DNA from: Acidobacteriota bacterium
GTDB taxonomy: Bacteria > Acidobacteriota > CAIWXX01
Length of the DNA stretch: 64,000 bases
Direction: 5' to 3'
Assembly: GCA_040755995.1 (NCBI GenBank)
Contig: JBFMAF010000010.1
Coordinates: forward strand, 353,837 to 417,836
This document shows positions 60,686-64,000 of this stretch, in pieces. Both the position numbers and the translations under genes were made by a program. The notes under the pieces were generated by a model. It did no database searches. It saw nothing but the letters and a program-made list of their open reading frames with translations, and was not told where the DNA came from. Numbering within the stretch: position 1 is the stretch's first letter; every line of letters begins with the position of its first letter.

Positions 60686-60982
60686 GCGAAGAAGATGTTG
60701 CGATTGAGTGGAGTTTGTGGCCCGGTGCGTCATCGCGTACCCGTCCCCGATTGCGACGGTGGTCGGGTGCGGGAACGGGAACGGGTACCGGCCTTCGGGC
60801 TGGGTACGACCGAGCGACACGCTAGCGAGGCTGCGCCTCAGACCCACGAGGCATGGCGTGGTTGGTGCGGCGCAGCCTCGCGTCGAGAGTCGAGAGTCGA
60901 AGGTCGAAAGAGAAGACCCTGGGTACGGGAAGTGTGTTTTCGAACCGATCCGAGCTTGACTCAATTGCAACATCTTTTTCGC
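60686..60982 (+). repeat. 297-bp segment bounded by 32-bp imperfect inverted repeats with internal hairpins (structured leader or MITE-like)
   Basis: 60686-60717 vs reverse complement of 60951-60982: 26/32 identical; internal perfect 13-bp IR 60825-60837/60869-60881. Confidence 0.75.
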
Positions 60983-61200
60983 CCCGAGCATTCTAGTCGG
61001 TGCGAGGCGGAGCCTCGCTGAAGGTTGAGGAGACAACCGCCCAAGCAGGGGTGCGACCCATCGAGGAGAACAGGTGGCCCTGGTTGAGAATCGCACGGTC
61101 GGGAATAGTGGCGGATCTGCGCACGCTCCAGCCCGGCCTACCGCCGTTCTGGGGGCTAGCGAAGAAGACCGCAGAACCGGAGCCCTGAAAGGAGAACGCG

Positions 61201-63606
61201 ATGTTCCGTAACTATTTGATCACTGCGCTGCGAAACCTCCGCAGGCAAAGGGTTCATTGCCTGGTCAACATCCTTGGCCTATCTCTGGGCATGACCTGCA
61301 CAATCCTGATCCTCCTCTGGGTCGGGGACGAACTCGGCTACGACCGTTTCCACGGAAACTTCGACCGCATCTACCGCGTCGTGGCGGACTGGCCTCGGAA
61401 CGGCTGGCAGGGAGTCAACGCATCCCCGATGCCCCTCGGCCCGGCCGTCGAGGACGGGATTCCCGAGGTCGCGGGAATGGTCCGGATCACTGGACAGCCC
61501 CGGAAGGTCTTTCGGTACGGAGACAAGGCGTGCTACGAGGATCGGGGCATCGTCGCCGACCCGTCCTTCTTCACCGTGTTTACGTTCCCGTTCGTGAAAG
61601 GGACGGCCGCTGGCGCCTTCACAAAGGCGAGCGACATGGTCCTCACTGAAAGCACGGCCCGGAAATACTTCGGCGACGAGGACCCGATCGGGAAGGCGGT
61701 CGAGGTCGAAGGAAAGCCGGCCGTTGTGACGGGGGTCGTCGCCGATCCACCGGCGAACTCGACCCTCCAGTTCGCCTTCATCAACTCCTTCGAATTCGTC
61801 GGCGAACTGACCGGTTACTCGACCCACTGGGGTGCTTTGAACTTCGACACCCTTGTTCTGCTGAAGCCGAACGCGCACTCGGAGGATATCGGTCCGAAAG
61901 CAACCGGGATCGCCTCGGCCAACAAATCGCCCCATGTCGGGGCGGGCCTGAGCTTCCGGCTCCAGCCCCTGTCTGAGGTCCATCTGGATGCGCGGCCCTA
62001 CACGATGAGCACCGTCGTCCTCGGCGACAGGAAGGCCGTCACCCTCTTCTCCGCAATCGCCGCCTTCGTACTTCTCATCGCCTGCGTCAACTTCATGAAC
62101 CTCTCGACTGCCCGGGCATCGATGAGGGCCAAGGAGGTTGGACTGCGCAAGACAGTCGGCGCAGCCAGGCGCCATCTCGTAACGCAGTTCCTCGGCGAAT
62201 CCTTCCTCCTGACCTCCCTGGCTTTCGCGGTCGCGCTCGGGTGTGTGCTCATCCTCCTCCCATCATTCAACCGCCTGACGGGCAAGGCAATCCAAATCGG
62301 CCTCGTCGACGGCGGGCAGATTCTGGTGCTGGTCTCCGTGCTTCTGTTGACTGGATTGGTCGCGGGAATCTACCCGGCATTTGTCCTCTCGGGGCTGCGC
62401 CCTATCTCGATGTTGAAAAGCGCGGGAAGGGACGGCGGCGGCCGAATCGCCCACGGGTCGATCTTCAGACGGACCCTCGTCGTCTTCCAGTTCACCCTAT
62501 CGATCCTTCTTATCATCATGACCCTCGTCGTCGTCAAGCAGATGCGTTTCATTCAAACGGCGGACCTCGGCTTCGATCGCCGGAACGTCGTTGAGATCCC
62601 GCTCAAGGGAGGGGTCGTCGGGCGCTACGAGTCTTTCAAGAGCCGACTCCTCCAGATCCCGGGGATCGCGGCCGTGAGCGCCGAGAGTTACCCTTTCGCC
62701 ATGTCGGCCAACCGGAGTTCGGGAAACTGGGACTGGGAAGGCCGCGAGGGGCGCGAAGACCTTGACCTCGTCTTCGGTGGCGTGGACACCGATTTCGCCC
62801 GGACGCTGGGGCTCCGGGTCGCAGCGGGCCGGATGCTGTCCTCAGAATTCGGGACGGACAAGACAGGTGCCGTCGTCATCAATCAGAGCGCTGCTGCGGC
62901 CATGGGCCTTGAGGACCCCGTGGGGAAGTGGATTTCATTCAGGCAGGACGGGCAGGGGCGGCGGACCATCGTCGGGGTGGTCGATGATCCCCGCTTCCGC
63001 TCCTTTCATTACGGCGTCGAGCCCATGCTCTTCTACCTCGCCGACATGTCCGAAGCCGAAGACAACGGGATCGTCTTGGCCAAGCTCCGCGGCGAGGAAC
63101 GCAACCTCTCCCGCACACTGGCCGCGATCTCCAGAGTCTGGAACGAATTCAATCCGCACGTCCCCTTCGAATACACGTTCCTCGACCAGACGTACCAAGG
63201 GCTCTACCGGAAGGAACGCCAGGCGCTCATCCTCTTCAACGTCTTCGCCGTTCTGGCCGTCGTGATCTCCTGTCTGGGCCTGTTCGGACTCGCGTCCTTC
63301 ACGGCCGAGCGCCGGACAAAGGAAATCGGCGTCCGCAAGGTCCTGGGAGCCCCGGAATGGGCGATCACCGGGCTCATGACGCGCGATTTCGTCCGATGGA
63401 TCCTCGCAGCCAACATCATTGCCTGGCCGGTCGGGTACTACGCCGCCGGGAAACTCCTCCAGGGTTATGCCTTCCGGGCGGAGATAGGAATCGAGATCTT
63501 CGCGTTTTCAGGCGGGGCCGCCTTGGCCATCGGCCTCCTGACCGTGGCCCGGCAGGCCATCAGGGCAGCCCGGGCCAATCCTGTCGACGCGCTCCGCTAT
63601 GAATGA
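61201..63606 (+). CDS. MacB/FtsX-family ABC transporter permease
   Basis: MFRNYLITALRNL, NILGLSLG, ACVNFMNLSTAR, KEIGVRKVLGA, NPVDALRYE; RBS AGGAG. Confidence 0.95.
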   Translation: MFRNYLITALRNLRRQRVHCLVNILGLSLGMTCTILILLWVGDELGYDRFHGNFDRIYRVVADWPRNGWQGVNASPMPLGPAVEDGIPEVAGMVRITGQPRKVFRYGDKACYEDRGIVADPSFFTVFTFPFVKGTAAGAFTKASDMVLTESTARKYFGDEDPIGKAVEVEGKPAVVTGVVADPPANSTLQFAFINSFEFVGELTGYSTHWGALNFDTLVLLKPNAHSEDIGPKATGIASANKSPHVGAGLSFRLQPLSEVHLDARPYTMSTVVLGDRKAVTLFSAIAAFVLLIACVNFMNLSTARASMRAKEVGLRKTVGAARRHLVTQFLGESFLLTSLAFAVALGCVLILLPSFNRLTGKAIQIGLVDGGQILVLVSVLLLTGLVAGIYPAFVLSGLRPISMLKSAGRDGGGRIAHGSIFRRTLVVFQFTLSILLIIMTLVVVKQMRFIQTADLGFDRRNVVEIPLKGGVVGRYESFKSRLLQIPGIAAVSAESYPFAMSANRSSGNWDWEGREGREDLDLVFGGVDTDFARTLGLRVAAGRMLSSEFGTDKTGAVVINQSAAAAMGLEDPVGKWISFRQDGQGRRTIVGVVDDPRFRSFHYGVEPMLFYLADMSEAEDNGIVLAKLRGEERNLSRTLAAISRVWNEFNPHVPFEYTFLDQTYQGLYRKERQALILFNVFAVLAVVISCLGLFGLASFTAERRTKEIGVRKVLGAPEWAITGLMTRDFVRWILAANIIAWPVGYYAAGKLLQGYAFRAEIGIEIFAFSGGAALAIGLLTVARQAIRAARANPVDALRYE

Positions 63607-63874
63607 TCACCCACAGCGAGGGACCCACCTGCTTCTGATGCGTCCGTACCCCGGGGCCGAACGCCGGCAGGCCTACCCGACCGCGGCCAAGAGCGAGATC
63701 GGGAACAGGCACGGGAAGGCCCCCGTCCCAGTGGCTTCAGGCGAGCCCTCGGCACAGTGTGGCGAGTTCAGAGCGCGCTACTGTCCACCAGCGGACATCC
63801 GCCTGTACGGCCCTCGAACATGGTTCTGAAGCAGAGCGCGCGCATCGCCTCTAAGTCACAGAAACCGAACGGAC

Positions 63875-64000
63875 TAGTAGAGCGTTCTGTTAATAACATA
63901 GCATGCTAGGCCACCGAGATCTCGCTCATCTTGTACCGCCAGGTGAAAACGACAGGCTCTTGGTTCATTTGAGCGATGCCGCGATAGATGCGTTCAACAA
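63875..64000 (-). mobile_element. 3' end of an IS630-family element (transposase C-terminus 63906->64000 plus terminal IR)
   Basis: Minus-strand peptide VERIYRGIAQMNQEPVVFTWRYKMSEISVA*; end sequence TAGTAGAGCGTTCTGTTAATAAC begins at TA within CTAG; AT-richer than flanks. Confidence 0.65.

Noticed and set aside
63599..63829. 76-aa ORF overlapping the permease stop
   Set aside because: No recognisable motif, and it runs through hexamer-repeat-like sequence next to the IS end.
1..64000. Many long antisense or alternate-frame ORFs (e.g. 18217-20028 +, 11601-13109 +, 42799-44319 -, 54740-56173 -)
   Set aside because: They shadow well-supported genes, lack motifs and are expected in GC-rich DNA.
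1..64000. CRISPR array, tRNA, rRNA, integron attC array
   Set aside because: No regularly spaced repeat-spacer array or recognisable RNA gene was seen by eye; the mosaic fragments are not separated by a shared repeat that I could find.

Overview
GC-rich bacterial chromosomal window. Gene style suggests an anaerobic Acidobacteriota-like organism carrying Desulfobacterota-type respiratory genes; this is inference only. 1-34 kb is mostly housekeeping and metabolic: an acyl-CoA catabolic trio, glgB, glgP, pccB-like carboxyltransferase, transaldolase, hslVU, eukaryote-type citrate synthase, an ECF sigma/anti-sigma envelope operon, a Ser/Thr kinase and a dGTPase. It also holds a REP-associated tyrosine transposase (RAYT) with a REP pair inside its own ORF and an orphan Hcp-fold protein with a signal peptide. 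35-48.3 kb is one co-oriented cluster: a candidate sigma54 promoter with enhancer palindromes, six signalling genes, then a hybrid tmcDCB-hmcBCDA transmembrane redox complex ending in a 16-heme cytochrome. It includes a 41-aa HmcD-like ORF missing from the ORF track. 48.4-53.7 kb is a mosaic of short unrelated gene fragments (multiheme cytochrome fused in frame to a katG piece, IS91-like remnant, FAAL, epimerase and others) around three intact or near-intact genes. 53.7-64 kb holds two MacB/FtsX-type permeases flanking a sigma54 regulator, a PP2C phosphatase and a histidine kinase, a consensus sigma54 promoter followed by a long structured leader, and the end of an IS630-like element. No rRNA, tRNA or CRISPR array was seen.
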